DNA of 64,000 nt from an uncultured Candidatus Rokubacteria bacterium (GTDB lineage: Bacteria > Methylomirabilota > Methylomirabilia > Rokubacteriales > CSP1-6), in NCBI GenBank assembly GCA_963754315.1, contig CAVWFS010000007.1:800001-864000 (forward strand), written 5' to 3'. How positions within the stretch are numbered: position 1 is the first letter of the stretch; the number at the start of each line of letters is the position of its first letter. The notes under the pieces are model-generated. The model did not search any database. It had not been told where the DNA came from and saw only the letters and a program-made list of their open reading frames with translations. This document shows positions 10,434-19,872 of the stretch, piece after piece. Position numbers and translations under genes: made by a program.

Positions 10434-11375
10434 TCATCCCCGGCGTGCGGTGGCTGCGAAGAGCCCCGGCCCTCTCGCTCTCGGATCGGTCGGCAAGAGT
10501 CGGTAGCGACACCGCTTGAACCCCACCTCCTCCAGCCAGCCGCCGATCTGGTCGGTCGAGAATCCCTGCCAGAGGTGTCCCATCTGTTGCCGATAGTCCT
10601 CGTTCGCGTGCGGCACCATGTCGACGACGAGCAGCCGGCCTCCCGGCCGGAGCACCCGGCGTGTTTCGGCCAGGGTGCGTGCCGGATCGACGGCGTAGTG
10701 CAGGACGAGCACGGCGGCGGCGGCATCGAGCTCCCCGTCCTCGATAGGCAAGGTCTCGAGGTCGCCCGACCGCAGCTCGACGTTCTCGAGCCCACTCAGG
10801 CGCCGCCGGGCCGACACAAGCATTGCCCGCGACTGGTCGACGGCGATGACCCGGCGCACGAACGGCGCCAGTGCTGCCGCGAACTGCCCCGTCCCACACC
10901 CGAGGTCTCCGACCGTCCATTCCTCGTCCAAGAACCCGAAAGCCGCCCCGAGGTCGGGGCGCGCCCCGAACAGCTCGGCCCGCAGCCCGTCCCACTGGCC
11001 CGCCGCCCGCGAGAAGAACTCCTGGGATCGCGTGCGCCGCTGGGCGAGGACCCCGGCCAGACGCTGCGCATCAGCAGCGGCCACTGCCGTCGTCCCCACC
11101 TGTTCCCGGACGAGATGCCACAGACGCTTCGTCGATGCCTCGAGCTGTCCTCCCGCGAGGCGGTAGAGATGGCTCGGCCCGTCGGCCCGCGCCACCAACC
11201 AGCCGTCGTCAACCAAGACGCGGAGGTGGCGGCTGACCGTCGACTGCGGAAGCTGCAGCACGGCGGTGAGCTCGGACACGGTCAGCTCGTGCCGATCGAG
11301 CAGAAGGAGGAGACGGCCCCGAAGGGGATCGGCCAGGGTGCCGAGCCGCTCGAAGAACGGCGCTGTTTTATTCAT
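10434..11375 (-). CDS. sahR: ArsR-family HTH fused to a SAM-methyltransferase-like domain (SahR-type SAM-cycle regulator)
   Basis: [28 protein letters not shown] followed by DLGCGTG; lies directly upstream of ahcY. Confidence 0.85.
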   Translation of the reverse strand: MNKTAPFFERLGTLADPLRGRLLLLLDRHELTVSELTAVLQLPQSTVSRHLRVLVDDGWLVARADGPSHLYRLAGGQLEASTKRLWHLVREQVGTTAVAAADAQRLAGVLAQRRTRSQEFFSRAAGQWDGLRAELFGARPDLGAAFGFLDEEWTVGDLGCGTGQFAAALAPFVRRVIAVDQSRAMLVSARRRLSGLENVELRSGDLETLPIEDGELDAAAAVLVLHYAVDPARTLAETRRVLRPGGRLLVVDMVPHANEDYRQQMGHLWQGFSTDQIGGWLEEVGFKRCRYRLLPTDPRARGPGLFAATARRG

Positions 11376-11399
11376 CCGTATATCCGGATGCAAGGATAT
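11373..11399. promoter_or_regulatory. Two overlapping palindromic operators at the sahR start
   Basis: CATCCG-TATATC-CGGATG (11373-11390) and ATATCC-GGATGCAA-GGATAT (11380-11399); both have an ATC-N10-GAT core. Confidence 0.65.
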
Positions 11400-11521
11400 A
11401 TCAGGTGGCCGCGCGGCGTCAAGGGCCGCCACGTCCCGACGCGGCGGCGCGAAGATGCCCTATGGTGGGGTGGGTGCGGCTATCCTGCAATGCCCCCTGG
11501 ACAAGGAAGGAGGAGTCGGTC

Positions 11522-12106
11522 GTGCCACGATCACTCGCGACCCTGCTGGCACTCGTCCTGTGCGTAGGCACCGAAACAGCGCAACTGTTCGGCTCAGAAG
11601 CCTGGCTGGATCAGACCCCCGCCAACTGGAATCGTCCCGGCGCTTCCGTGCCACCGGCACCGGCCGTGGAAGGCGCCGCCCAGAATCTCACGCGCTGTGG
11701 CGAAGTGGGACGCCCTTCCACGTTGGCCGCGGACCGCGCGGTGCGCGGCGCCGGCTGGACACTCTTCGGGCCCGCCCAGCTGTTCGCAGCCACGACTGTG
11801 GTCATGGCCATGGCCAACGTCGATGGGATGTGCCGACCCCTTCGGTATCAGGCCTTCGTGTTCGTGGACGGACGGTTCGCCGGCACCTTGTCCCCGGTTC
11901 CCATGGACTCACGCACCGACGGCGCCCTCAGTATCGTCCGTCTCTTCCGCGCCAACGAGATGGTGGCCGAGTTCACGCGCTACGCCGCCTCCGACGCGCT
12001 CTGCTGCCCCTCCCGCACCAGCACCGTCATCTTTCGGATCGAGCCGGGCTCGCGCGGCCCCGTGGTGACCCCCGTGACCCTCAGCACCTCACCCCCCCGC
12101 TCCTGA
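11522..12106 (+). CDS. Exported protein, LppP/LprE-like family
   Basis: GGAGGAG RBS, signal peptide, DGMCRP, FAGTLSP.PMDSRTDG, RY..SDALCCPS. Confidence 0.7.
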   Translation: MPRSLATLLALVLCVGTETAQLFGSEAWLDQTPANWNRPGASVPPAPAVEGAAQNLTRCGEVGRPSTLAADRAVRGAGWTLFGPAQLFAATTVVMAMANVDGMCRPLRYQAFVFVDGRFAGTLSPVPMDSRTDGALSIVRLFRANEMVAEFTRYAASDALCCPSRTSTVIFRIEPGSRGPVVTPVTLSTSPPRS

Positions 12107-12137
12107 ACTCATCACCCGGCCGCCGCGCATTCCCGAA

Positions 12138-12202
12138 GGGGTGCCACGGGTCCCCCGAGGGCACCCCGAGCGCCGGGGGGCGGGACCCTTCGAGGGCCCC
12201 CC
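12138..12202. repeat. GC-rich double hairpin between convergent genes (terminator or REP-like)
   Basis: GGGGTGCC-A-CGGG-TCC-CCCG-AG-GGCACCCC, then GGGACCCT-TCG-AGGGCCCC. Confidence 0.5.
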
Positions 12203-12219
12203 ATTACCAACAGCCCCCC

Positions 12220-12618
12220 CTACCAGAAAAACGGATCCCATACCCCCCAGCTCATGGGGCCGCCCGGGTTGGTCAGAGTGGCGGCACGCTGCTCGGACTC
12301 GAGCTCGGACTGGTGAGCAAGCTTCTGGAACTGCTGATAGGCGGCCGCGTTGCCAACGTACACACACTGGCAGCCATCGGGGTCGGCAAAGACATAGTAC
12401 GGCACACCGTCGCGGTCGTGCCGCACGAGCTTGAGAGGGGTGAGGGTCTTCATATGCGCCAAGCGGTCGGGAGTGTCGGCGCGCTTGACCTGGAAGCCGG
12501 CCTTGATGAGCAGGGACTCCATGAGCGGCTTGTTGACCGGAATGGTGCAGCTCTGGACCAGAAGCATCACGGCGCCGAGGATGACCGCCGGCGCTCGCCA
12601 CGATCTGTGCTGTCCCAT
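12220..12618 (-). CDS. Small putative lipoprotein
   Basis: Hydrophobic leader ending LVQSC; AGF..ADTP..YYVFADPDGCQCVYVG..AYQ motif. Confidence 0.7.
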   Translation of the reverse strand: MGQHRSWRAPAVILGAVMLLVQSCTIPVNKPLMESLLIKAGFQVKRADTPDRLAHMKTLTPLKLVRHDRDGVPYYVFADPDGCQCVYVGNAAAYQQFQKLAHQSELESEQRAATLTNPGGPMSWGVWDPFFW

Positions 12619-12702
12619 GGACGCGTTCTCCCCTCGCGTGCAGCGGTGATCGCCAGCGTCCCCAGAATACACCGGTTCCCTCGGCCCCCGGTTGTGCCTT
12701 GC

Positions 12703-12719
12703 TGTCCAATTTCCTGACA
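12703..12719. promoter_or_regulatory. Candidate enhancer-binding-protein site
   Basis: TGTC-N9-GACA palindrome about 85 bp upstream of a sigma54 box. Confidence 0.4.
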
Positions 12720-12801
12720 ATCGAGTCTCGTTTTGTTCGCCCCTGAGGCCTTCTCGTACTCGAGGTTGGCGGCGCCCATTCCATTTGTGCGTTCTCAGCC
12801 G

Positions 12802-12817
12802 TGGCACGAAAATCGCT
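12802..12817 (+). promoter_or_regulatory. Sigma54 -24/-12 promoter
   Basis: TGGCACG-AAAA-TCGCT (GG-N10-GC) upstream of the TAXI gene. Confidence 0.6.
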
Positions 12818-12996
12818 GGCCGTGACCATGGAATGGACTCGCATTCCCACGAGGAGGCGAGAGGGCGGATGATCGCTGTCCCACCATCCAGGCGATCGCT
12901 CCCCGACGTACGGCTTCTGGTTCTCCGGGAGCTTCGCGCCTCCGTCAAACCCATCCCCAAGACCGACCCACTTTCGACCGATGGAGGAAGAAGACT

Positions 12997-13987
12997 GTGA
13001 GAAACACGAAGATCGTCGCCCTGGCCTTGATCATGGCGTTCCTGATCGCAGGAAACGCTGGCGCCGCCGAGGACCTTGGGTTGATCACCGGCGGTGAGAA
13101 AGGGACGTACTATCAGTTCGGCCTGGACTTGCAGAAGCTGGTCAAACCGGCCGGGTTCGACCTGGCCGTGTATCCCTCCAAAGGCTCGGCCGAGAATATC
13201 TTCGCCGTCTACCAGCGGCCGGGTGTCCAGATGGGGATCGTGCAGTCCGACGTGCTGGCCTTCGTGTCCCGCGTGGAGTCAGATCCCGTTCTCAAGCAGA
13301 TCGCCAAGAAGACCAGGATGGTCTTCCCGCTCTACAACGAGGAGGTACATCTGCTCGGTCGCCGTGACATCACGACCTTCGACGACCTGGCCGGCAAGCG
13401 GGTGGCGATCGGACGCGAAGGTAGCGGGACGTATCTGACCGCGCGTCTTCTCTTCAAGCTCTCGGAGGTGACACCCAGTCAGATGATTCCCATCGACACC
13501 GGCGAGGCGCTGAGCGAGCTGAAGGCGGGTCGCGTGGACGCCATGTTCTACGTGGCGGGCTACCCGGTGAAGCTTCTCAAGGAAGACGTGACGGCCGCCG
13601 ACAAGTTGGCCCTCATTCCGATCACGAACAAGAGCGTGATCGAGTTCTATCCGAGCGTCGACATCCCGGCCGACGTCTACGCCTGGCAGACAGCGCCGGT
13701 GAGCACGGTGGCGGTGAAAGCCGTGCTCGTCTCCTTTGATTTCCGACGGAAAGACTGCGAGAACATCGGGCGCTTCGCACAGCTCATCTCAACCAGGCTG
13801 ACCTGGCTCTCAGCCAACGGCCATCCAAAGTGGAAGGCCGTGGATCTCAACTATCCGCTGAAGGGCTGGGAGCAGTACGACTGCGTGCGGAAGCACCTCG
13901 GCAAGGCGCCGCAGCCCACGACGGCCCAAGGCTCGTCCCACTGGCAATCCCGTGGCCGACGCCATCAAGACCATCCTGGGAGACTGA
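12997..13987 (+). CDS. TAXI-family TRAP solute-binding protein
   Basis: Signal peptide, ITGGEKGTYYQFG, SKGSAENI, GIVQSD, PLYNEEVH, GSGT. A probable frameshift near 13935 gives a natural end GNPVADAIKTILGD* at 13987; the ORF as sequenced runs to 14067. Confidence 0.88.
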
Positions 13988-13988
13988 A

Positions 13989-15167
13989 GTGGTCGAATCG
14001 GATGTCCGAGCTGACGAACGGGGCCCGTGGCTCTCCCGCGCCGTCAAGCTGGGGATTGCCGCGATAGCAGCAGCAAGTCTCGGGCTGGCCGGGTTGCTCG
14101 TTCCCTGGAGCGACCTGCTCTCGTCAGGCCCGCCACAGGCGCACGTTGGCCCTGGAGGAACGGTGAGTTGGGAGGCGGAAGGCTGGGTCAAGAGCGCTAC
14201 GCCGTCGACGAATAGCATTCGCGTGTCGTCCGGCTTCCTCGGTCTCTCCTCCGTGACTCTCATCGTCCCGCTCGAGACCCTGATCGTGGTCGCGGGCAAG
14301 GAAGGGGGATTCGACGACCTTCACGAAGGCCGGCGGGTCCGCGCAATCTACGAGGCCCGCCCTACCGGGCTTCGCGCGAAGAGCATCGAGGTGCTCGTCG
14401 AGGGGGCACAGTCCGAAGCGCGACGGCCAGGCGAATCGATCATTGCAGTTGGGGGCCGTAGTTCGCCCCCCGCCGATGCGCGGCACGGCACGGAGAAGCT
14501 GGCGCCCGCTGCGAAGCTCACCGCCCAGCCGAGCACCGTTCCCAGTCCGGCCTCCACAAGCCCCGACACTCGCAGACCGACGGGAGCCCCGGCGCCCGCT
14601 GCAAGACCCGCCGAACCGCAGCCGGGAGCCCACACGTTGCCGCCCTCGGCCGCCGAGACGCGGACCGCGCCGCCTGCCCCAAAACCTGCCGACCTTCCGA
14701 CGTCAGCCCGTACCTCCTCGCCGGCCGCCGAGACGCGGACCGCGGCGCCTGCCCTAAAACCTGCCGACCCGCCGACGTCAGCCCGTACCTCCTCGCCGGC
14801 CGCCGAGACGCGGGCCGCAGTGCCTGCCCCAAAGCCTGCCGACCCGCCGACGTCAGCCGGTACGTCGCCCCCGGCCGCCGAGCCACGGGGAATTGCGACG
14901 CCCGCCCCGAGATCCGTCGAGTCGCGCAGAGCCGCCAGGGAGGCGGGGCCTCGGGCGATTCCTAGCGGGGCCCGGCTCACCGAACCTCCGGCCGCGCGAT
15001 CCGCACGCGACGAATCGGCGGTCGTGGAACGGCGGGCGACTGTGGCGCCGATTCCCCCCAACGAAGGGTCGCCACGCGCCGGGAGCGACGAGCCGCGCCG
15101 GACACAAGTCAGCGATCCAGGTGCGGTGATCGATTGGCTCTTGAAGTCGTCGCCCACGCGCGACTAG
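13989..15167 (+). CDS. Membrane-anchored hypothetical protein with a small beta domain (DUF5666-like) and a Pro/Ala-rich repeat tail
   Basis: TM helix, then ETLIVVAGKEGGFDDLHEGRRVRAIYE, repeats, and C-terminal DPGAVIDWLLK. Confidence 0.65.
   Translation: MVESDVRADERGPWLSRAVKLGIAAIAAASLGLAGLLVPWSDLLSSGPPQAHVGPGGTVSWEAEGWVKSATPSTNSIRVSSGFLGLSSVTLIVPLETLIVVAGKEGGFDDLHEGRRVRAIYEARPTGLRAKSIEVLVEGAQSEARRPGESIIAVGGRSSPPADARHGTEKLAPAAKLTAQPSTVPSPASTSPDTRRPTGAPAPAARPAEPQPGAHTLPPSAAETRTAPPAPKPADLPTSARTSSPAAETRTAAPALKPADPPTSARTSSPAAETRAAVPAPKPADPPTSAGTSPPAAEPRGIATPAPRSVESRRAAREAGPRAIPSGARLTEPPAARSARDESAVVERRATVAPIPPNEGSPRAGSDEPRRTQVSDPGAVIDWLLKSSPTRD
14648..14882 (+). repeat. 75-bp tandem repeat, about 3.1 copies (25 aa unit)
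   Basis: GGCCGCCGAG units start at 14648, 14723, 14798 and 14873; unit about AAETRTAxPAPKPADPPTSARTSSP. Confidence 0.9.
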
Positions 15168-15176
15168 GAAGCTGAT

Positions 15177-16271
15177 CTAATCCGCGGTGCGCTCGTCAAC
15201 GAGCGGGACGCAGGCGGCAGGGTCGATCTTGAGCGCCACCCGCTCGCCAGGACGAAGGCGCCGCTCGGGCGGTCCAGCTACGCGCAGCAACAAGTCGGTC
15301 CCATCGACCCGGATCTGATAGTCCACGCTTTCGCCCAGGAAGCTGGCGCGTTCCACGGTGCCCCGGAACGTGTTGGTGGTCGAGCCGCCCGCACCTTCCG
15401 CTGGCTCCGCCAGCAGCGCGATCTGGTGTGGACGGATGGACACGGCAACGCGAGCGCCCGGCTTGAGGCCGGCCGTGGCGATACGGAAACGCAGGCCTCC
15501 CCGGGCAACCGTGTCGGATTCGACGGCCACGCCGTCGATGAGATTGGTCTTGCCGATGAACTCGGCAACGAAACGTGTGCGCGGCTCGAGAAAGAGATCG
15601 TCGGCCGAGCCGATCTGAGCGACCTGTCCCTGGTGGAGGACGGCGATGCGGTCGGAGATCACCATGGCCTCCGCCTGGTCGTGCGTCACGTAGAGGGTGG
15701 TGATGCCGAACGCCTCATGTAACCGACGAATCTCGAAGCGCATCTCCTCGCGCAGGTTAGCGTCCAGGTTGGAGAGTGGTTCGTCGAGGAGGAGAATCTC
15801 GGGCTCCACGACCAGGGCCCGCGCCACGGCCACCCGCTGCTGCTGGCCGCCCGACAGCTCGCCCGGATAGCGGGCCTCGTACCCGGAGAGCTGCACGGCA
15901 CCGAGGATCTCGCGCACACGCCGCTCACGCTCCGGGCGCGATAGCTCACGTTTGAACCGGAGCCCGTAGGCGACGTTCTGCGCCACCGTCATGTGGGGCC
16001 AGAGCGCATAGCTCTGGAAGATCATCGCCATCCGGCGCCGTTCAGGTGGGACCACAGCCACTGGCGACGACAGGCATCGTTCACCCACCCAGATCTCGCC
16101 CGCCTCCGGCTGGAGGAAGCCCGCCACCAGCCGCAACGTGGTGGTCTTGCCGCAGCCCGACGGGCCGAGCAGCGCGACCAGTTCGCCGGGCTTGACCTCC
16201 AGCGAAAGCCCGGCGACGGCGGCCACGTCGCCGTACCGCTTGGTCAGGGACCTGATCATCACCCCCGGCAT
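15177..16271 (-). CDS. ABC transporter ATP-binding subunit (Fe3+/polyamine class, TOBE domain)
   Basis: GPSGCGKTT, LSGGQQQR, LLLDEP, YVTHD. Confidence 0.95.
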   Translation of the reverse strand: MPGVMIRSLTKRYGDVAAVAGLSLEVKPGELVALLGPSGCGKTTTLRLVAGFLQPEAGEIWVGERCLSSPVAVVPPERRRMAMIFQSYALWPHMTVAQNVAYGLRFKRELSRPERERRVREILGAVQLSGYEARYPGELSGGQQQRVAVARALVVEPEILLLDEPLSNLDANLREEMRFEIRRLHEAFGITTLYVTHDQAEAMVISDRIAVLHQGQVAQIGSADDLFLEPRTRFVAEFIGKTNLIDGVAVESDTVARGGLRFRIATAGLKPGARVAVSIRPHQIALLAEPAEGAGGSTTNTFRGTVERASFLGESVDYQIRVDGTDLLLRVAGPPERRLRPGERVALKIDPAACVPLVDERTAD

Positions 16272-16272
16272 G

Positions 16273-17991
16273 TCACTCCTTCGCCCCGAGCACATCGCGT
16301 CCGAGCGCGGCCTGCACGAGGGCTACGGTGGCAAAGGTCAGAGCGAGCATCACGAGACCGAGGACAGCGATCGCGCCGAATTGCCCTTCCTCCTTGAGAT
16401 CAAAGATCACCACGGACATGACTTTGGTGGCCGGCGTGAACAGGATGATCGAGGCCGACAACTCGCGGATCACACCGATGAAGATGAAGCACCAGGCCGC
16501 GATGATGCCGCTCTTGGCAAGGGGGGCCGTGATGTCGCCAAGGACGCGAAGCCGTCCCGCGCCCAAGATACGCCCGGCGTCCTCCAGTTCGGGCGGGATG
16601 CCGCGGAACGTGGCGTCGGACTGCGCGTAGCCGACGGGCATCTCCTTGGTCAGATACGCGACGAACAGGATGGCCAAGGTCCCATAGAGGACGAAGGGCG
16701 GCCGAGTGTAGGCGATGAAGAGAGCCACCGCCAACACCACCCCTGGAATGACGACGGGAGCCAGGGCGAGAAAGGCCACCACCTGGTGGCCGACAACGAG
16801 GCGCCGGCTGGTGATGTATGAAAGCAGAGCCACCATGGCCGCGCCCACCGAGGCCGTGAGCACTCCCAGTTCGAGCGTGTTCAGGATGGCCGCCTGCGTG
16901 GCGCTGTATTCGAAGAACGTGAACGCGAAGTTTGCCAGAGTCAGGTTGTCCCACGTCAGCGGCTGGGCCCACGCCCGCGAGACGGCCGCCTTGGCCAGGA
17001 CGGCGTACGGCAGAAAGATGGCGCAGGCCATCACACCGAGGCAGCCGAGGAGCGCCGGATAGCGCCAGGCACCGAGTGGAATTCGACGCCGCTGCCCTCC
17101 TTTGCCTCCGACGGCGGCGTAGCCGCGCCGCCCGAGCAGCTTCTTCTGGAGCAGCAGCAGAAGCGCGGTGGCCAGCAAGAGTGGAATCGAAAACGCCGCC
17201 GCCATCTCGACCTTCGGTGGAAAGTGAAAAAACGACCAGATCTGCGTGGTGATCGTATGAAATCCGGCGGGCATGGCCAGAATGGCCGGCGATCCGAAGA
17301 GCGCCAGTGCCTGCAGGACAGCGAGGATGAACCCGCTCACCAGGGCTGGGGTCACCATGGGCAAGGTTACCGTGAGGGCAGCGGTGAGTCGGCCGGCGCC
17401 GAGGATGGCTGCCGCCTCCTCGAGGTCGGATGCGATCAGCCCGAGCGTGTTGGCGATCATGATGTAGACGTAGGGAAACGTGTACATGGTGACCACAAAG
17501 ACCAGCCCGGTCATGCTGAAGATATTGACGAGGGCTTCCTCGGCGCCGGTCACAGCCCGCCAGAGCTTGTTCAGCAACCCGGCATTGGGCCCGGCCAGCA
17601 TCACCCACGCGAACGCGCCGAGAAAGGGCGGGGTCACGAAGGAGGCCATGACGAGACCGCGTATCAGCGTACGACCGGGAACGTCGGTGCGGGCGGTCAA
17701 CCACGCCAGCGGAGCCCCGACCGCGAGCGAGGCCAGCCCAACCCAGAAGGCCAGCACCACGGTGTTCCAGAGCGCCTTCTGCAAGGCCGGGTCGCCCAGC
17801 ACCAGCCGATAGTTCGCCAAGGTGAGGCCGTCGCGGCCGCTCACGCTGACCGTGACGAGCCAGCCAAGCGGCAAGGCCATCAGGAACACGAGCGCGAGGA
17901 CGACCGCGGCCCACACGGGAAGGGTGCGGTCGAGGCCGATCAGCCGACCGGAGAAGGTCGCGGGCGCGTGGCGCGCGGCGTGAACGCTCAC
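16273..17991 (-). CDS. ABC transporter permease (FbpB/ThiP-like, duplicated domain)
   Basis: Many TM helices and two EAA loops (LEEAAAILGAG; LEDAGRILGAG). Confidence 0.93.
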   Translation of the reverse strand: MSVHAARHAPATFSGRLIGLDRTLPVWAAVVLALVFLMALPLGWLVTVSVSGRDGLTLANYRLVLGDPALQKALWNTVVLAFWVGLASLAVGAPLAWLTARTDVPGRTLIRGLVMASFVTPPFLGAFAWVMLAGPNAGLLNKLWRAVTGAEEALVNIFSMTGLVFVVTMYTFPYVYIMIANTLGLIASDLEEAAAILGAGRLTAALTVTLPMVTPALVSGFILAVLQALALFGSPAILAMPAGFHTITTQIWSFFHFPPKVEMAAAFSIPLLLATALLLLLQKKLLGRRGYAAVGGKGGQRRRIPLGAWRYPALLGCLGVMACAIFLPYAVLAKAAVSRAWAQPLTWDNLTLANFAFTFFEYSATQAAILNTLELGVLTASVGAAMVALLSYITSRRLVVGHQVVAFLALAPVVIPGVVLAVALFIAYTRPPFVLYGTLAILFVAYLTKEMPVGYAQSDATFRGIPPELEDAGRILGAGRLRVLGDITAPLAKSGIIAAWCFIFIGVIRELSASIILFTPATKVMSVVIFDLKEEGQFGAIAVLGLVMLALTFATVALVQAALGRDVLGAKE

Positions 17992-17999
17992 GATCCTGG

Positions 18000-19034
18000 C
18001 TACGCTCCGAAGAACTCCACGAATCGCTTGCGGATTTCCTCGTTGCGCCGCTCGAGCTCACCTGGATCGGTGACGAGCAGCTTGAGCTCGCTCAACTTCG
18101 GCTTGTCCGTCGGATACTTCACCTCGGGGTGACCGGTATAGAGCCCCTCGGTGTCAGCCAGCACCTGCTGCACGTCGCGGCTGAACGTGAAGTCGGTGAA
18201 GAGCCGGGCCGCGTGCGGGTGAGGCGCGAAGCTCGTGATGGCAGTCGGCGACACCACGAGCGGGACGCCCTCCTTCGGGTACACGATCTCGACGGGATTT
18301 CCCTTCTTCTTCGTCTGGTAGAAGGTGTAGTCGCCTCCGTTGGCTGCCACCGGGCGTTCTCCCGAGGCGACCACCCCCGCGGGATCGACGGCGGACTGTA
18401 CGAGCATGGGCTTGTTCTGGGCGAGCTGCTTGAAGTAGTCCCAGCCATGGAGGTGGACGAGGGCGAGCACATGGGTGGCGATCACCCCGCTATAGCCCGG
18501 ATGCGCCGTCACCAGCTTCCCCTTCCACTTGGGATCGAGCAGGTCCTTCCACGTCATGGGCGCCTCCGCCGCCGGCACCAGCTTCGGGTTATAGGCGATG
18601 ACGTTGACGGTAGCCCGCAGACCGTAGTAGTAGCCGTCGGCGTCCTTGAAGCCGGACGGAAAGCCCTCGACCCCGGCCGGGGTGTACTTGGCCAGGAGCT
18701 TCTTCTCCTTGAGCAGGACGAAGTGGCCGGCATCCGAGGTGTGGACGACGTCGACGTTCTTGATGTTGGCCGAGAGCTCCTGCATGACCCGCTGCAAGAT
18801 CCGCTGGGATCCGGTCCGGTGCACCTCGACCTTGATGCCGGGATGGGCCGCCTCGAACAGCTTGGCGACCTTCTCCGCGCTCGGTAAGGCGAGCGAGGTA
18901 TACCAGACCACCTTGCCTTCCTTCTTGGCCGCGTCGATCCGAGTGTCCTGAGCGGCGGCGAGACTGGTGAGGGCGAGGCACACGAGTACCGCGATGGCGG
19001 CCGTGACCATTGCGCGTCGAGACACGTTGGGCAT
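18000..19034 (-). CDS. ABC transporter solute-binding protein
   Basis: Signal peptide, AAKKEGKVVWYTS, WKDLLDPKWKGK, VYPKEG. Confidence 0.93.
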   Translation of the reverse strand: MPNVSRRAMVTAAIAVLVCLALTSLAAAQDTRIDAAKKEGKVVWYTSLALPSAEKVAKLFEAAHPGIKVEVHRTGSQRILQRVMQELSANIKNVDVVHTSDAGHFVLLKEKKLLAKYTPAGVEGFPSGFKDADGYYYGLRATVNVIAYNPKLVPAAEAPMTWKDLLDPKWKGKLVTAHPGYSGVIATHVLALVHLHGWDYFKQLAQNKPMLVQSAVDPAGVVASGERPVAANGGDYTFYQTKKKGNPVEIVYPKEGVPLVVSPTAITSFAPHPHAARLFTDFTFSRDVQQVLADTEGLYTGHPEVKYPTDKPKLSELKLLVTDPGELERRNEEIRKRFVEFFGA

Positions 19035-19050
19035 GGTCAGTTCCTTCCTG

Positions 19051-19824
19051 CTACGAGGTGAGAGCGGTCATCAAGTCCGCGAGCGCTCCGCCGGTGGCCA
19101 ATCCGTTCACGGTGCGGATGACACGCTCGGCCTGCGCGGCGGACATGGCAAGGGTGGCATTGCCGCGGAACTTTGCCTCCAACTCACCCTGCGACATCGG
19201 CATGTCGGGGCCGCCGCGCGGACGGTCCTGTCGCGCGCGCAGAACCCGTCCGTCGTTCAAGGTGATCTCCACGTCGCCGACGAACTGCCGAGGATAGTCG
19301 ATGGCGGCATCCAGCTCGTACGTGACCCGCTCCGCCACCTGCAAAACGTGAGGATCGCGCACGGCCACGTCCGTGAACTCGGCGAGGCCGACCCTGCCCT
19401 TGACCACGATCGCTGCCAGCAGGTACGGCAGACTGAACTTTGCCGCGTAACCGTTGGGCGGCGCGTGCTTGGCCGCGAGCGGCTCCCACAGCCGCGGCAC
19501 CGGCCCGGCCGCCGTGCGACAGCGGATGGCCTCGATCTCGTGTGACCGGACGCCGTGCTCCTCACGCAAGCGGAGCGCACAGTCCATGTACGGCTGAGCA
19601 ATCGAGCCACACGGATAGAGCTTGAACGTGAGGTTCTGTCCTAGAGGCGACCGAGCGGCTGCCAGACAGTTGCCGAGCGTGTCGAGCGTGAGCAGGGTAG
19701 CCTGGGAAATCACGCGCTCCGGCACCGCGTCAAGCGCGAGACCGACTACAAACCGCGCCAGGCGTCTGGCCGCCGGGGGGCGCGTGGGCTCACCGCCGGA
19801 ATGCGTAGGGGACGAGAGGGTCAA
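19051..19824 (-). pseudogene. MmgE/PrpD family protein with a large in-frame internal deletion
   Basis: N-terminus (LARFV..VPERV..LDTLG..LAA) joins directly to FKLYPCG..AKFSLPY..PRG. 257 aa against about 450 typical. Confidence 0.75.
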
Positions 19825-19872
19825 CTCCGCTCGGCCGCTCAGCGATGCCGCCCGGAGCCCGGCGCCACGCGC

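Noticed and set aside
8614..10506. 630-aa + strand ORF and similar long antisense ORFs across the window
   Set aside because: Shadows of real genes (here ahcY), expected at high GC; no motifs of their own.
14648..14882. Possible CRISPR array
   Set aside because: Contiguous in-frame 75-bp coding repeats with no unique spacers and no cas genes.
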